Assembly: GCA_026770705.1 (NCBI GenBank)
Contig: JANJGN010000017.1
Location: 43,772,001-43,836,000, forward strand
Direction: 5' to 3'
Source: Isurus oxyrinchus
Taxonomy: Eukaryota
DNA: 64,000 nucleotides
Both the position numbers and the translations under genes were made by a program. The notes under the pieces are model-generated. The model was not told the origin of the DNA, did no database searches, and saw only the letters and a list, made by a program, of their open reading frames with translations. Of this stretch, positions 12,466-26,608 are shown one piece after another (positions within the stretch are counted from its first letter, which is position 1; the number at the start of each line of letters is the position of its first letter).

Positions 12466-13820
12466 CTATAGAGGAACACATACAGTTTATTTGCTTTGGT
12501 AAGTGTTTTTGAAGAATCTTCTATTATTCATACTCATAGAAGTATTAGTACTAAATTATTAACATCAGGTATTATTGACAATTACGAACAAGTGAACAGG
12601 TAAAGTTGCACTGGTGCAACGAGCCTGTCACACAAGGTATACAAGATATACAGCCCCCCCACCGTCAAGAAATAAACAAAATAAAATGTGTTCAGGATGG
12701 CCACTTTCCACTGCACATTCAGGGAGTGAAACCCCTTGCGGTGGTGATACATCACTGCATTTTGATGCAGAACCTATAAAGCCACATGTGTGCGGTCAAT
12801 GGCACCCTGTACAATGGGGATAGCTGCTATCGTGATAAAGCCAAGCTGCACAACATGGAACCAACTGACCTCCCTTGCCCTAGACTACTGACTGCCAGTC
12901 ACCTCCTTCATTGCAGTACATGACAAAATGAGAGTTTGTGGCCACAGTCACTGACAGTGCCATCCTTGCGCTGCTCTGGGGCTGCAGCTCTGCCCACCAG
13001 GCGCAATAGATTTCAAGGCGCACCGGCTTTGTAAAATAGAGATGTCAAACAAGTTTGCCGCAAACTACTGCTCTCACTGGTGCAGAGATTTAAGGTGGCA
13101 AGGACGCACGGGAATCTCACCACACACCTACCTCTGCCAGAATTAAGAATTGGGCAGAAAGGCCCATCGTCAAGCTCCCTTGCCCGTTGCCACTTTTAGA
13201 ACTTAAGCGGCCAATTAATGATTACTTAAGAGCCTCATCCCCCCACCGTTGGTCTTGACCCAGCTGCAGGCGTCACTGTCACCATGCGTTACAGCTAAAA
13301 CAGTGCGACCGCTTGTCGCCTCTTTGCGTCGTGATGGGCAAAAGGAGTTCCATCGATCATGGACCCTCAGAGTCTGATTGAGGACAGGAGATCTGGAAGT
13401 GGGAGCCCACTAAGACCCAGCCCCCTGCTCTGATGCCAACAACCCTGCTCTCCTGACAGTAACATGGAAGTTGTTGATGATCCTTTTTATATCAGGTTGA
13501 TGGGTAGCCCTGTCAGCTCCTGAATGCCTGTTTAGCCGTGTGAGGTTCAGAGATGACATGCGCTGGAATAATGATGTCCGATGCGCCAGAGTGAGGGTCA
13601 CATCAGCTTTACACGCTGACTGATGTCACGATCTGTCTGCATACTTGCAGCACACGCTCCTAATGCCCACCCAATGCCATTATCAAAATCAGGCCAGGCA
13701 AGTCTCACTGAAAATATGGTGGCTATGGAGAGAGATTTTACAGTTACCGTATTTCAGGTTGACCCAGTTTGACATTTGAAATAGTAATGAACCGATCTGT
13801 CCTGACCATCATATCACAGA

Positions 13821-15663
13821 TCACAAGACACACTGCAGAAAAATATCTCACATCTTCAGGACTCAGCTGTACTGATTCACAATATGAACTACAACTTTCA
13901 TTGATGTGTCACTCTTAAGTTTAACACTCATTATTGTAATCATTATATACTAACAAGTTAAATTTAAATATTAGCTGATTTGCTGAAAATTCTCTTACCG
14001 TAATTAATGTAAGAGCAGTGATCACAGAAATCAGAACAACAGTTGCCATAAAATTGACAGCTGTAATCACAGGAACAACCTGATGAATATCCCCCACAGT
14101 TGTATCTGCATGAGCCGTGTCCTGTTATAATGTAAATGGCAAGTTAGATCTGATATTATGTTGATTGTTACCAAGGATGCAGATTACAATTTTCAAAGAA
14201 ATGTATTGAAGTTTTATCATTCCAAAATGGATCAATACATTGTTAATCGATTTCCATACCTGTTGATGTAGTCTCAGAATTCTCTGTTGAAACAAAACAA
14301 TTGCATAAGTAAGTAGAATATTTTTTCATATCCATTCCCAACCTGATAGATAGTTCAGTAGAAGAGAAATCACAGAAATCAGAATAATTGCCATAATACT
14401 GACAGCTATAATCACAGGAACAACCTGATGAATATCCCCCACAGCTGTATCTGCATGAGCTGTGCCCTGATATATAGTAAATGGCAAGTTAGATCTGAAA
14501 TTATGTTGATTGTTAACAAGGATGCAGATTACAATTCACAAAGAAATGTAAGGAACATTTATCATTCAAAAGTGGATCAAACATTTTCTGGAAGGTATTT
14601 TCCATACCTGTTGTTATGCGTTCAGGAGTCTCTGCAAAATAAAAAAATAAGATAGGTACGAAGATTATTTTTTCATCCATTCCCCACCTGACACATTCAG
14701 TAGAACAGCAGAATCTATCAACACATGCTTGGTACAACTTGCTGCAGAAAGGATTCCTGCCCCCACTTGCGATGATTCTATTGTTGTCGGACGTGGAAAG
14801 GCTGCAGGGTGTGATTCACACAGGAGGGAATCCCAAACACAGCAGGGCTGAATTCAAACACATCCCATTTGAATGTTGTGAGGGCCTCAACCCTCAGTGT
14901 GGGGGTCACAAATTGATGGAGTAGAGGTAAATGCTCTTGAACTGTGGCTAAGGCCAATATCCCTAACTGACATGGTCAGAAGTGTTTTTGTATGTCCCAT
15001 TCTTTAAACTTAAAAAAAGGCTGCAGCTCTCACTGAATCCTTATCACAGAATCACAGAATCACAGTGCAGAAGTGGCCCTTTGGCCCATCGAGTCTGCAC
15101 TGACACGTGAGAAACACCTGACCTACCTACCTAATCCCATTTCCCAGCACTTGGCCCAAAGCCTTGAATGTTATGATGTGCCAAGTGATCATCCAGGTAT
15201 TTTTTAAAGGTTATGAGGCAACCTGCCTCCATCACCCTCCCAGGCAATGCATTCCAGACTGTCACCACCCTCTGGATAAAAAAGCTTTTCCTCTGATCCC
15301 CCCTCAATATCCTGCCCCTCACCTTGAACTTTTGCCCCCAAGTGATAGCTCCTTCAACTAAGGGGAACAGCTGCTCCTTATCCACCCTACCCATGCACCT
15401 CATATGTCTGGTGTCATACTGTAACTCCCAAACGGTGAGCGGGCAGCAGGGATTTGGTAATTCCATGTTTACGGAGATAATATGCAGAATTTATACGACA
15501 CTTTACGAAGACTTAACCAAATCAACAAGGTGATTCTCTGAGTACAGACATTAAGGTTAATTGTTCTGGCGGATATTGGGTGAACAAAATATACAAACTG
15601 ATAATGTAACAGAAATTGAGTTTAAATATTACTGACCTGTTGTTGAAGAAACACTGCAATATC
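13821..15663 (-). CDS. Cassette 13: stalk micro-exons + anchor + stop exon
   Basis: Exons 15637-15663, 14608-14631, 14260-14283, 13999-14060, 13821-13832. Confidence 0.62.
15045..15403 (-). mobile_element. CR1 LINE 3' fragment (array copy)
   Basis: As other copies. Confidence 0.88.
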
Positions 15664-17016
15664 CTATAGAGGAACACATACAGTTTATTTGCTTTGGTAA
15701 GTGTTTTTGAAGAATCTTCTATTATTCATACTCATAGAAGTATTAGTACTAAATTATTAACATCAGGTATTATTGACAATTACGAACAAGTGAACAGGTA
15801 AAGTTGCACTGGTGCAACGAGCCTGTCGCACAAGGTATACAAGATATACAGCCCCCCCACCGTCAAGAAATAAACAAAATAAAATGTGTTCAGGATGGCC
15901 ACTTTCCACTGCACATTCAGGGAGTGAAACCCCTTGCGGTGGTGATACATCACTGCATTTTGATGCAGAACCTATAAAGCCACATGTGTGCGGTCAATGG
16001 CACCCTGTACAATGGGGATAGCTGCTATCGTGATAAAGCCAAGCTGCACAACATGGAACCAACTGACCTCCCTTGCCCTAGACTACTGACTGCCAGTCAC
16101 CTCCTTCATTGCAGTACATGACAAAATGAGAGTTTGTGGCCACAGTCACTGACAGTGCCATCCTTGCGCTGCTCTGGGGCTGCAGCTCTGCCCACCAGGC
16201 GCAATAGATTTCAAGGCGCACCGGCTTTGTAAAATAGAGATGTCAAACAAGTTTGCCGCAAACTACTGCTCTCGCTGGTGCAGAGATTTAAGGTGGCAAG
16301 GACGCACGGGAATCTCACCACACACCTACCTCTGCCAGAATTAAGAATTGGGCAGAAAGGCCCATCGTCAAGCTCCCTTGCCCGTTGCCACTTTTAGAAC
16401 TTAAGGGGCCAATTAATGATTACTTAAGAGCCTCATCCCCCCACCGTTGGTCTTGACCCAGCTGCAGGCGTCACTGTCACCATGCGTTACAGCTAAAACA
16501 GTGCGACCGCTTGTCGCCTCTTTGCGTCGTGATGGGCAAAAGGAGTTCCATCGATCATGGACCCTCAGAGTCTGACTGAGGACAGGAGATCTGGAAGTGG
16601 AGTCCACTAAGACCCAGCCCCCCGCTCTGATGCCAACAACCCTGCTCTCCTGACAGTAACATGGAAGTTGTTGATGATCCTTTTATATCGGGTTGATGGG
16701 TAGCCCTGTCAGCTCCTGAATGCCTGTTTAGCCGTGTGAGGTTCAGAGATGACATGCGCTGGAATAATGATGTCCGATGCGCCAGAGTGAGGGTCACATC
16801 AGCTTTACACGCTGACTGATGTCACGATCTGTCTGCATACTTGCAGCACACGCTCCTAATGCCCACCCAATGCCATTATCAAAATCAGGCCAGGCAAGTC
16901 TCACTGAAAATATGGTGGCTATGGAGAGAGATTTTACAGTTACCGTATTTCAGGTTGACCCAGTTTGACATTTGAAATAGTAATGAACCGATCTGTCCTG
17001 ACCATCATATCACAGA

Positions 17017-18859
17017 TCACAAGACACACTGCAGAAAAATATCTCACATCTTCAGGACTCAGCTGTACTGATTCACAATATGAACTACAACTTTCATTGA
17101 TGTGTCACTCTTAAGTTTAACACTCATTATTGTAATCATTATATACTAACAAGATAAATTTAAATATTAGCTGATTTGCTGAAAATTCTCTTACCGTAAT
17201 TAATGTAAGAGCAGTGATCACAGAAATCAGAACAACAGTTGCCATAAAATTGACAGCTGTAATCACAGGAACAACCTGATGAATATCCCCCACAGTTGTA
17301 TCTGCATGAGCCGTGTCCTGTTATAATGTAAATGGCAAGTTAGATCTGATATTATGTTGATTGTTACCAAGGATGCAGATTACAATTTTCAAAGAAATGT
17401 AATGAAGTTTTATCATTCCAAAATGGATCAATATATTGTTAATCGATTTCCATACCTGTTGATGTAGTCTCAGAATTCTCTGTTGAAACAAAACAATTGC
17501 ATAAGTAAGTAGAATATTTTTTCATATCCATTCCCAACCTGATAGATAGTTCAGTAGAAGAGAAATCACAGAAATCAGAATAATTGCCATAATACTGACA
17601 GCTATAATCACAGGAACAACCTGATGAATATCCCCCACAGCTGTATCTGCATGAGCTGTGCCCTGATATATAGTAAATGGCAAGTTAGATCTGAAATTAT
17701 GTTGATTGTTAACAAGGATGCAGATTACAATTCACAAAGAAATGTAAGGAACACTTATCATTCAAAAGTGGATCAAACATTTTCTGGAAGGTATTTTCCA
17801 TACCTGTTGTTATGCGTTCAGGAGTCTCTGCAAAATAAAAAAATAAGATAGGTACGAAGATTATTTTTTCATCCATTCCCCACCTGACACATTCAGTAGA
17901 ACAGGAGAATCTATCAACACATGCTTGGTACAACGTGCTGCAGAATGGATTCCTGCCCCCACTTGCGATGATTCTATTGTTGTCGGGCATGGAAAGGCTG
18001 CAGGGTGTGATTCACACAGGAGGGAATCCCAAACACAGCAGGGCTGAATTCAAACACACCCCATTTGAATGTTGTGAGGGCCTCAACCCTCAGAGTGGGG
18101 GTCACAAATTGATGGAGTAGAGGTAAATGCTCTTGAACTGTGGCTAAGGCCAATATCCCTAACTGACATGGTCAGAAGTTTTTTTGTATGTCCCATTCTT
18201 TAAACTTAAAAAAAGGCTGCAGCTCTCACTGAATCCTTATCACAGAATCACAGAATCACAGTGCAGAAGTGGCCCTTTAGCCCATCGAGTCTGCACTGAC
18301 ACGTGAGAAACACCTGACCTACCTACCTAATCCCATTTCCCAGTACTTGGCCCAAAGCCTTGAATGTTATGATGTGCCAAGTGATCATCCAGGTATTTTT
18401 TGAAGGTTATGAGGCAACCTGCCTCCACCACCCTCCCAGGCAATGCATTCCAGACTGTCACCACCCTCTGGGTAAAAAAGCTTTTCCTCTGATCCCCCCT
18501 CAATATCCTGCCCCTCACCTTGAACTTTTGCCCCCAAGTGACAGCTCCTTCAACTAAGGGGAACAGCTGCTCTTTATCCACCCTACCCATGCACCTCATA
18601 TGTCTGGTGTCATACTGTAACTCCCAAACGGTGAGCGGGCAGCAGGGATTTGGTAATTCCATGTTTACGGAGATAATATGCAGAATTTATACGACACTTT
18701 ATGAAGACTTAACCAAATCAACAAGGTGATTCTCTGAGTACAGACATTAAGGTTAATTGTTCTGGCGGATATTGGGTGAACAAAATATACAAACTGATAA
18801 TGTAACAGAAATTGAGTTTAAATATTACTGACCTGTTGTTGAAGAAACACTGCAATATC
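17017..18859 (-). CDS. Cassette 12: stalk micro-exons + anchor + stop exon
   Basis: Exons 18833-18859, 17804-17827, 17456-17479, 17195-17256, 17017-17028. Confidence 0.62.
18241..18599 (-). mobile_element. CR1 LINE 3' fragment (array copy)
   Basis: As other copies. Confidence 0.88.
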
Positions 18860-20213
18860 CTATAGAGGAACACATACAGTTTATTTGCTTTGGTAAGTGT
18901 TTTTGAAGAATCTTCTATTATTCATACTCATAGAAGTATTAGTACTAAATTATTAACATCAGGTATTATTGACAATTACGAACAAGTGAACAGGTAAAGT
19001 TGCACTGGTGCAACGAGCCTGTCACACAAGGTATACAAGATATACAGCCCCCCCACCGTCAAGAAATAAACAAAATAAAATGTGTTCAGGATGGCCACTT
19101 TCCACTGCACATTCAGGGAGTGAAACCCCTTGCGGTGGTGATACATCACTGCATTTTGATGCAGAACCTATAAAGCCACATGTGTGCGGTCAATGGCACC
19201 CTGTACAATGGGGATAGCTGCTATCGTGATAAAGCCAAGCTGCACAACATGGAACCAACTGACCTCCCTTGCCCTAGACTACTGACTGCCAGTCACCTCC
19301 TTCATTGCAGTACATGACAAAATGAGAGTTTGTGGCCACAGTCACTGACAGTGCCATCCTTGCGCTGCTCTGGGGCTGCAGCTCTGCCCACCAGGCGCAA
19401 TAGATTTCAAGGCGCACCGGCTTTGTAAAATAGAGATGTCAAACAAGTTTGCCGCAAACTACTGCTCTCGCTGGTGCAGAGATTTAAGGTGGCAAGGACG
19501 CACGGGAATCTCACCACACACCTACCTCTGCCAGAATTAAGAATTGGGCAGAAAGGCCCATCGTCAAGCTCCCTTGCCCGTTGCCACTTTTAGAACTTAA
19601 GGGGCCAATTAATGATTACTTAAGAGCCTCATCCCCCCACCGTTGGTCTTGACCCAGCTGCAGGCGTCACTGTCACCATGCGTTACAGCTAAAACAGTGC
19701 GACCGCTTGTCGCCTCTTTGCGTCGTGATGGGCAAAAGGAGTTCCAACGATCATGGACCCTCAGAGTCTGACTGAGGACAGGAGATCTGGAAGTGGAGTC
19801 CACTAAGACCCAGCCCCCCGCTCTGATGCCAACAACCCTGCTCTCCTGACAGTAACATGGAAGTTGTTGATGATCCTTTTTATATCAGGTTGATGGGTAG
19901 CCCTGTCAGCTCCTGAATGCCTGTTTAGCCATGTGAGGTTCAGAGATGACATGCGCTGGAATAATGATGTCCGATGCGCCAGAGTGAGGGTCACATCAGC
20001 TTTACACGCTGACTGATGTCACGATCTGTCTGCATACTTGCAGCACACGCTCCTAATGCCCACCCAATGCCATTATCAAAATCAGGCCAGGCAAGTCTCA
20101 CTGAAAATATGGTGGCTATGGAGAGAGATTTTACAGTTACCGTATTTCAGGTTGACCCAGTTTGACATTTGAAATAGTAATGAACCGATCTGTCCTGACC
20201 ATCATATCACAGA

Positions 20214-22056
20214 TCACAAGACACACTGCAGAAAAATATCTCACATCTTCAGGACTCAGCTGTACTGATTCACAATATGAACTACAACTTTCATTGATGT
20301 GTCACTCTTAAGTTTAACACTCATTATTGTAATCATTATATACTAACAAGATAAATTTAAATATTAGCTGATTTGCTGAAAATTCTCTTACCGTAATTAA
20401 TGTAAGAGCAGTGATCACAGAAATCAGAACAACAGTTGCCATAAAATTGACAGCTGTAATCACAGGAACAACCTGATGAATATCCCCCACAGTTGTATCT
20501 GCATGAGCCGTGTCCTGTTATAATGTAAATGGCAAGTTAGATCTGATATTATGTTGATTGTTACCAAGGATGCAGATTACAATTTTCAAAGAAATGTAAT
20601 GAAGTTTTATCATTCCAAAATGGATCAATATATTGTTAATCGATTTCCATACCTGTTGATGTAGTCTCAGAATTCTCTGTTGAAACAAAACAATTGCATA
20701 AGTAAGTAGAATATTTTTTCATATCCATTCCCAACCTGATAGATAGTTCAGTAGAAGAGAAATCACAGAAATCAGAATAATTGCCATAATACTGACAGCT
20801 ATAATCACAGGAACAACCTGATGAATATCCCCCACAGCTGTATCTGCATGAGCTGTGCCCTGATATATAGTAAATGGCAAGTTAGATCTGAAATTATGTT
20901 GATTGTTAACAAGGATGCAGATTACAATTCACAAAGAAATGTAAAGAACACTTATCATTCAAAAGTGGATCAAACATTTTCTGGAAGGTATTTTCCATAC
21001 CTGTTGTTATGCGTTCAGGAGTCTCTGCAAAATAAAAAAATAAGATAGGTACGAAGATTATTTTTTCATCCATTCCCCACCTGACACATTCAGTAGAACA
21101 GGAGAATCTATCAACACATGCTTGGTACAACGTGCTGCAGAATGGATTCCTGCCCCCACTTGCGATGATTCTATTGTTGTCGGGCATGGAAAGGCTGCAG
21201 GGTGTGATTCACACAGGAGGGAATCCCAAACACAGCAGGGCTGAATTCAAACACACCCCATTTGAATGTTGTGAGGGCCTCAACCCTCAGTGTGGGGGTC
21301 ACAAATTGATGGAGTAGAGGTAAATGCTCTTGAACTGTGGCTAAGGCCAATATCCCTAACTGACATGGTCAGAAGTTTTTTTGTATGTCCCATTCTTTAA
21401 ACTTAAAAAAAGGCTGCAGCTCTCACTGAATCCTTATCACAGAATCACAGAATCACAGTGCAGAAGTGGCCCTTTAGCCCATCGAGTCTGCACTGACACG
21501 TGAGAAACACCTGACCTACCTACCTAATCCCATTTCCCAGTACTTGGCCCAAAGCCTTGAATGTTATGATGTGCCAAGTGATCATCCAGGTATTTTTTAA
21601 AGGTTATGAGGCAACCTGCCTCCATCACCCTCCCAGGCAATGCATTCCAGACTGTCACCACCCTCTGGATAAAAAAGCTTTTCCTCTGATCCCCCCTCAA
21701 TATCCTGCCCCTCACCTTGAACTTTTGCCCCCAAGTGATAGCTCCTTCAACTAAGGGGAACAGCTGCTCCTTATCCACCCTACCCATGCACCTCATATGT
21801 CTGGTGTCCAACTGTAACTCCCAAACGGTGAGCGGGCAGCAGGGATTTGGTAATTCCATGTTTACGGAGATAATATGCAGAATTTATACGACACTTTACG
21901 AAGACTTAACCAAATCAACAAGGTGATTCTCTGAGTACAGACATTAAGGTTAATTGTTCTGGCGGATATTGGGTGAACAAAATATACAAACTGATAATGT
22001 AACAGAAATTGAGTTTAAATATTACTGACCTGTTGTTGAAGAAACACTGCAATATC
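20214..22056 (-). CDS. Cassette 11: stalk micro-exons + anchor + stop exon
   Basis: Exons 22030-22056, 21001-21024, 20653-20676, 20392-20453, 20214-20225. Confidence 0.62.
21438..21796 (-). mobile_element. CR1 LINE 3' fragment (array copy)
   Basis: As other copies. Confidence 0.88.
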
Positions 22057-23410
22057 CTATAGAGGAACACATACAGTTTATTTGCTTTGGTAAGTGTTTT
22101 TGAAGAATCTTCTATTATTCATACTCATAGAAGTATTAGTACTAAATTATTAACATCAGGTATTATTGACAATTACGAACAAGTGAACAGGTAAAGTTGC
22201 ACTGGTGCAACGAGCCTGTCACACAAGGTATACAAGATATACAGCCCCCCCACCGTCAAGAAATAAACAAAATAAAATGTGTTCAGGATGGCCACTTTCC
22301 ACTGCACATTCAGGGAGTGAAACCCCTTGCGGTGGTGATACATCACTGCATTTTGATGCAGAACCTATAAAGCCACATGTGTGCGGTCAATGGCACCCTG
22401 TACAATGGGGATAGCTGCTATCGTGATAAAGCCAAGCTGCACAACATGGAACCAACTGACCTCCCTTGCCCTAGACTACTGACTGCCAGTCACCTCCTTC
22501 ATTGCAGTACATGACAAAATGAGAGTTTGTGGCCACAGTCACTGACAGTGCCATCCTTGCGCTGCTCTGGGGCTGCAGCTCTGCCCACCAGGCGCAATAG
22601 ATTTCAAGGCGCACCGGCTTTGTAAAATAGAGATGTCAAACAAGTTTGCCGCAAACTACTGCTCTCGCTGGTGCAGAGATTTAAGGTGGCAAGGACGCAC
22701 GGGAATCTCACCACACACCTACCTCTGCCAGAATTAAGAATTGGGCAGAAAGGCCCATCGTCAAGCTCCCTTGCCCGTTGCCACTTTTAGAACTTAAGGG
22801 GCCAATTAATGATTACTTAAGAGCCTCATCCCCCCACCGTTGGTCTTGACCCAGCTGCAGGCGTCACTGTCACCATGCGTTACAGCTAAAACAGTGCGAC
22901 CGCTTGTCGCCTCTTTGCGTCGTGATGGGCAAAAGGAGTTCCATCGATCATGGACCCTCAGAGTCTGACTGAGGACAGGAGATCTGGAAGTGGAGTCCAC
23001 TAAGACCCAGCCCCCCGCTCTGATGCCAACAACCCTGCTCTCCTGACAGTAACATGGAAGTTGTTGATGATCCTTTTATATCGGGTTGATGGGTAGCCCT
23101 GTCAGCTCCTGAATGCCTGTTTAGCCGTGTGAGGTTCAGAGATGACATGCGCTGGAATAATGATGTCAGATGCACCAGAGTGAGGGTCACATCAGCTTTA
23201 CACGCTGACTGATGTCACGATCTGTCTGCATACTTGCAGCACACGCTCCTAATGCCCACCCAATGCCATTATCAAAATCAGGCCAGGCAAGTCTCACTGA
23301 AAATATGGTGGCTATGGAGAGAGATTTTACAGTTACCGTATTTCAGGTTGACCCAGTTTGACCATTTGAAATAGTAATGAACCGATCTGTCCTGACCATA
23401 ATATCGCAGA

Positions 23411-25253
23411 TCACAAGACACACTGCAGAAAAATATCTCACATCTTCAGGACTCAGCTGTACTGATTCACAATATGAACTACAACTTTCATTGATGTGTC
23501 ACTCTTAAGTTTAACACTCACTATTGTAATCATAATATATGAACAAGATAAATTTAAATATTAGCTGATTTGCTGAAAATTCTCTTACCGTAATTAATGT
23601 CAGAGCAGTGATCACAGAAATCAGAACAACAGTTGCCATAAAATTGACAGCTGTAATCACAGGAACAACCTGATGAATTTCCCCCACAGTTGTATCTGCA
23701 TGAGCCGTGTCCTGTTATAATGTAAATGGCAAGTTAGATCTGATATTATGTTGATTGTTACCAAGGATGCAGATTACAATTTTCAAAGAAATGTAATGAA
23801 GTTTTATCATTCCAAAATGGATCAATACATTTTTAATCTATTTCCATACCTGTTGATGTAGTCTCAGAATTCTCTGTTGAAACAAAACAATTGCATAAGT
23901 AAGTAGAATATTTTTTCATATCCATTCCCAACCTGATAGATAGTTCAGTAGAAGAGAAATCACAGAAATCAGAACAATTGCCATAATACTGACAGCTATA
24001 ATCACAGGAACAACCTGATGAATATCCCCCACAGCTGTATCTGCATGAGCCGTGTCCTGATATATTGTAAATGGCAAGTTAGATCTGATATTATGTTGAT
24101 TGTTAACAAGGATGCAGATTACAATTCACAAAGAAATGTAAGGAACATTTATCATTCAAAAGTGGATCAAACATTTTCTGGAAGGTATTTTCCATACCTG
24201 TTGTTATGCGTTCTGGAGTCTCTGCAAAATAAAAAAATAAGATAGGTACGAAGATTATTTTTTCATCCATTCCCCACCTGACACATTTAGTAGAACAGGA
24301 GAATCTATCAACACATGCTTGGTACAACTTGCTGCAGAAAGGATTCCTGCCCCCACTTGCGATGATTCTATTGTTGTCGGACGTGGAAAGGCTGCAGGGT
24401 GTGATTCACACAGGAGGGAATCCCAAACACAGCAGGGCTGAATTCAAACACATCCCATTTGAATGTTGTGAGGGCCTCAACCCTCAGTGTGGGGGTCACA
24501 AATTGATGGAGTAGAGGTAAATGCTCTTGAACTGTGGCTAAGGCCAATATCCCTAACTGACATGGTCAGAAGTGTTTTTGTATGTCCCATTCTTTAAACT
24601 TAAAAAAAGGCTGCAGCTCTCACTGAATCCTTATCACAGAATCACAGAATCACAGTGCAGAAGTGGCCCTTTGGCCCATCGAGTCTGCACTGACACGTGA
24701 GAAACACCTGACCTACCTACCTAATCCCATTTCCCAGCACTTGGCCCAAAGCCTTGAATGTTATGATGTGCCAAGTGATCATCCAGGTATTTTTTAAAGG
24801 TTATGAGGCAACCTGCCTCCATCACCCTCCCAGGCAATGCATTCCAGACTGTCACCACCCTCTGGATAAAAAAGCTTTTCCTCTGATCCCCCCTCAATAT
24901 CCTGCCCCTCACCTTGAACTTTTGCCCCCAAGTGACAGCTCCTTCAACTAAGGGGAACAGCTGCTCCTTATCCACCCTACCCATGCACCTCATATGTCTG
25001 GTGTCATACTGTAACTCCCAAACGGTGAGCGGGCAGCAGGGATTTGGTAATTCCATGTTTACGGAGATAATATGCAGAATTTATACGACACTTTACGAAG
25101 ACTTAACCAAATCAACAAGGTGATTCTCTGAGTACAGACATTAAGGTTAATTGTTCTGGCGGATATTGGGTGAACAAAATATACAAACTGATAATGTAAC
25201 AGAAATTGAGTTTAAATATTACTGACCTGTTGTTGAAGAAACACTGCAATATC
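23411..25253 (-). CDS. Cassette 10: stalk micro-exons + anchor + stop exon
   Basis: Exons 25227-25253, 24198-24221 (synonymous CCT>CCA change), 23850-23873, 23589-23650, 23411-23422. Confidence 0.62.
24635..24993 (-). mobile_element. CR1 LINE 3' fragment (array copy)
   Basis: As other copies. Confidence 0.88.
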
Positions 25254-26608
25254 CTATAGAGGAACACATACAGTTTATTTGCTTTGGTAAGTGTTTTTGA
25301 AGAATCTTCTATTATTCATACTCATAGAAGTATTAGTACTAAATTATTAACATCAGGTATTATTGACAATTACGAACAAGTGAACAGGTAAAGTTGCACT
25401 GGTGCAACGAGCCTGTCACACAAGGTATACAAGATATACAGCCCCCCCACCGTCAAGAAATAAACAAAATAAAATGTGTTCAGGATGGCCACTTTCCACT
25501 GCACATTCAGGGAGTGAAACCCCTTGCGGTGGTGATACATCACTGCATTTTGATGCAGAACCTATAAAGCCACATGTGTGCGGTCAATGGCACCCTGTAC
25601 AATGGGGATAGCTGCTATCGTGATAAAGCCAAGCTGCACAACATGGAACCAACTGACCTCCCTTGCCCTAGACTACTGACTGCCAGTCACCTCCTTCATT
25701 GCAGTACATGACAAAATGAGAGTTTGTGGCCACAGTCACTGACAGTGCCATCCTTGCGCTGCTCTGGGGCTGCAGCTCTGCCCACCAGGCGCAATAGATT
25801 TCAAGGCGCACCGGCTTTGTAAAATAGAGATGTCAAACAAGTTTGCCGCAAACTACTGCTCTCGCTGGTGCAGAGATTTAAGGTGGCAAGGACGCACGGG
25901 AATCTCACCACACACCTACCTCTGCCAGAATTAAGAATTGGGCAGAAAGGCCCATCGTCAAGCTCCCTTGCCCGTTGCCACTTTTAGAACTTAAGGGGCC
26001 AATTAATGATTACTTAAGAGCCTCATCCCCCCACCGTTGGTCTTGACCCAGCTGCAGGCGTCACTGTCACCATGCGTTACAGCTAAAACAGTGCGACCGC
26101 TTGTCGCCTCTTTGCGTCGTGATGGGCAAAAGGAGTTCCATCGATCATGGACCCTCAGAGTCTGATTGAGGACAGGAGATCTGGAAGTGGGAGCCCACTA
26201 AGACCCAGCCCCCTGCTCTGATGCCAACAACCCTGCTCTCCTGACAGTAACATGGAAGTTGTTGATGATCCATTTTATATCAGGTTGATGGGTAGCCCTG
26301 TCAGCTCCTGAATGCCTGTTTAGCCGTGTGAGGTTCAGAGATGACATGCGCTGGAATAATGATGTCCGATGCACCAGAGTGAGGGTCACATCAGCTTTAC
26401 ACGCTGACTGATGTCACGATCTGTCTGCATACTTGCAGCACACGCTCCTAATGCCCACCCAATGCCATTATCAAAATCAGGCCAGGCAAGTCTCACTGAA
26501 AATATGGTGGCTATGGAGAGAGATTTTACAGTTACCGTATTTCAGGTTGACCCAGTTTGACATTTGAAATAGTAATGAACCGATCTGTCCTGACCATCAT
26601 ATCACAGA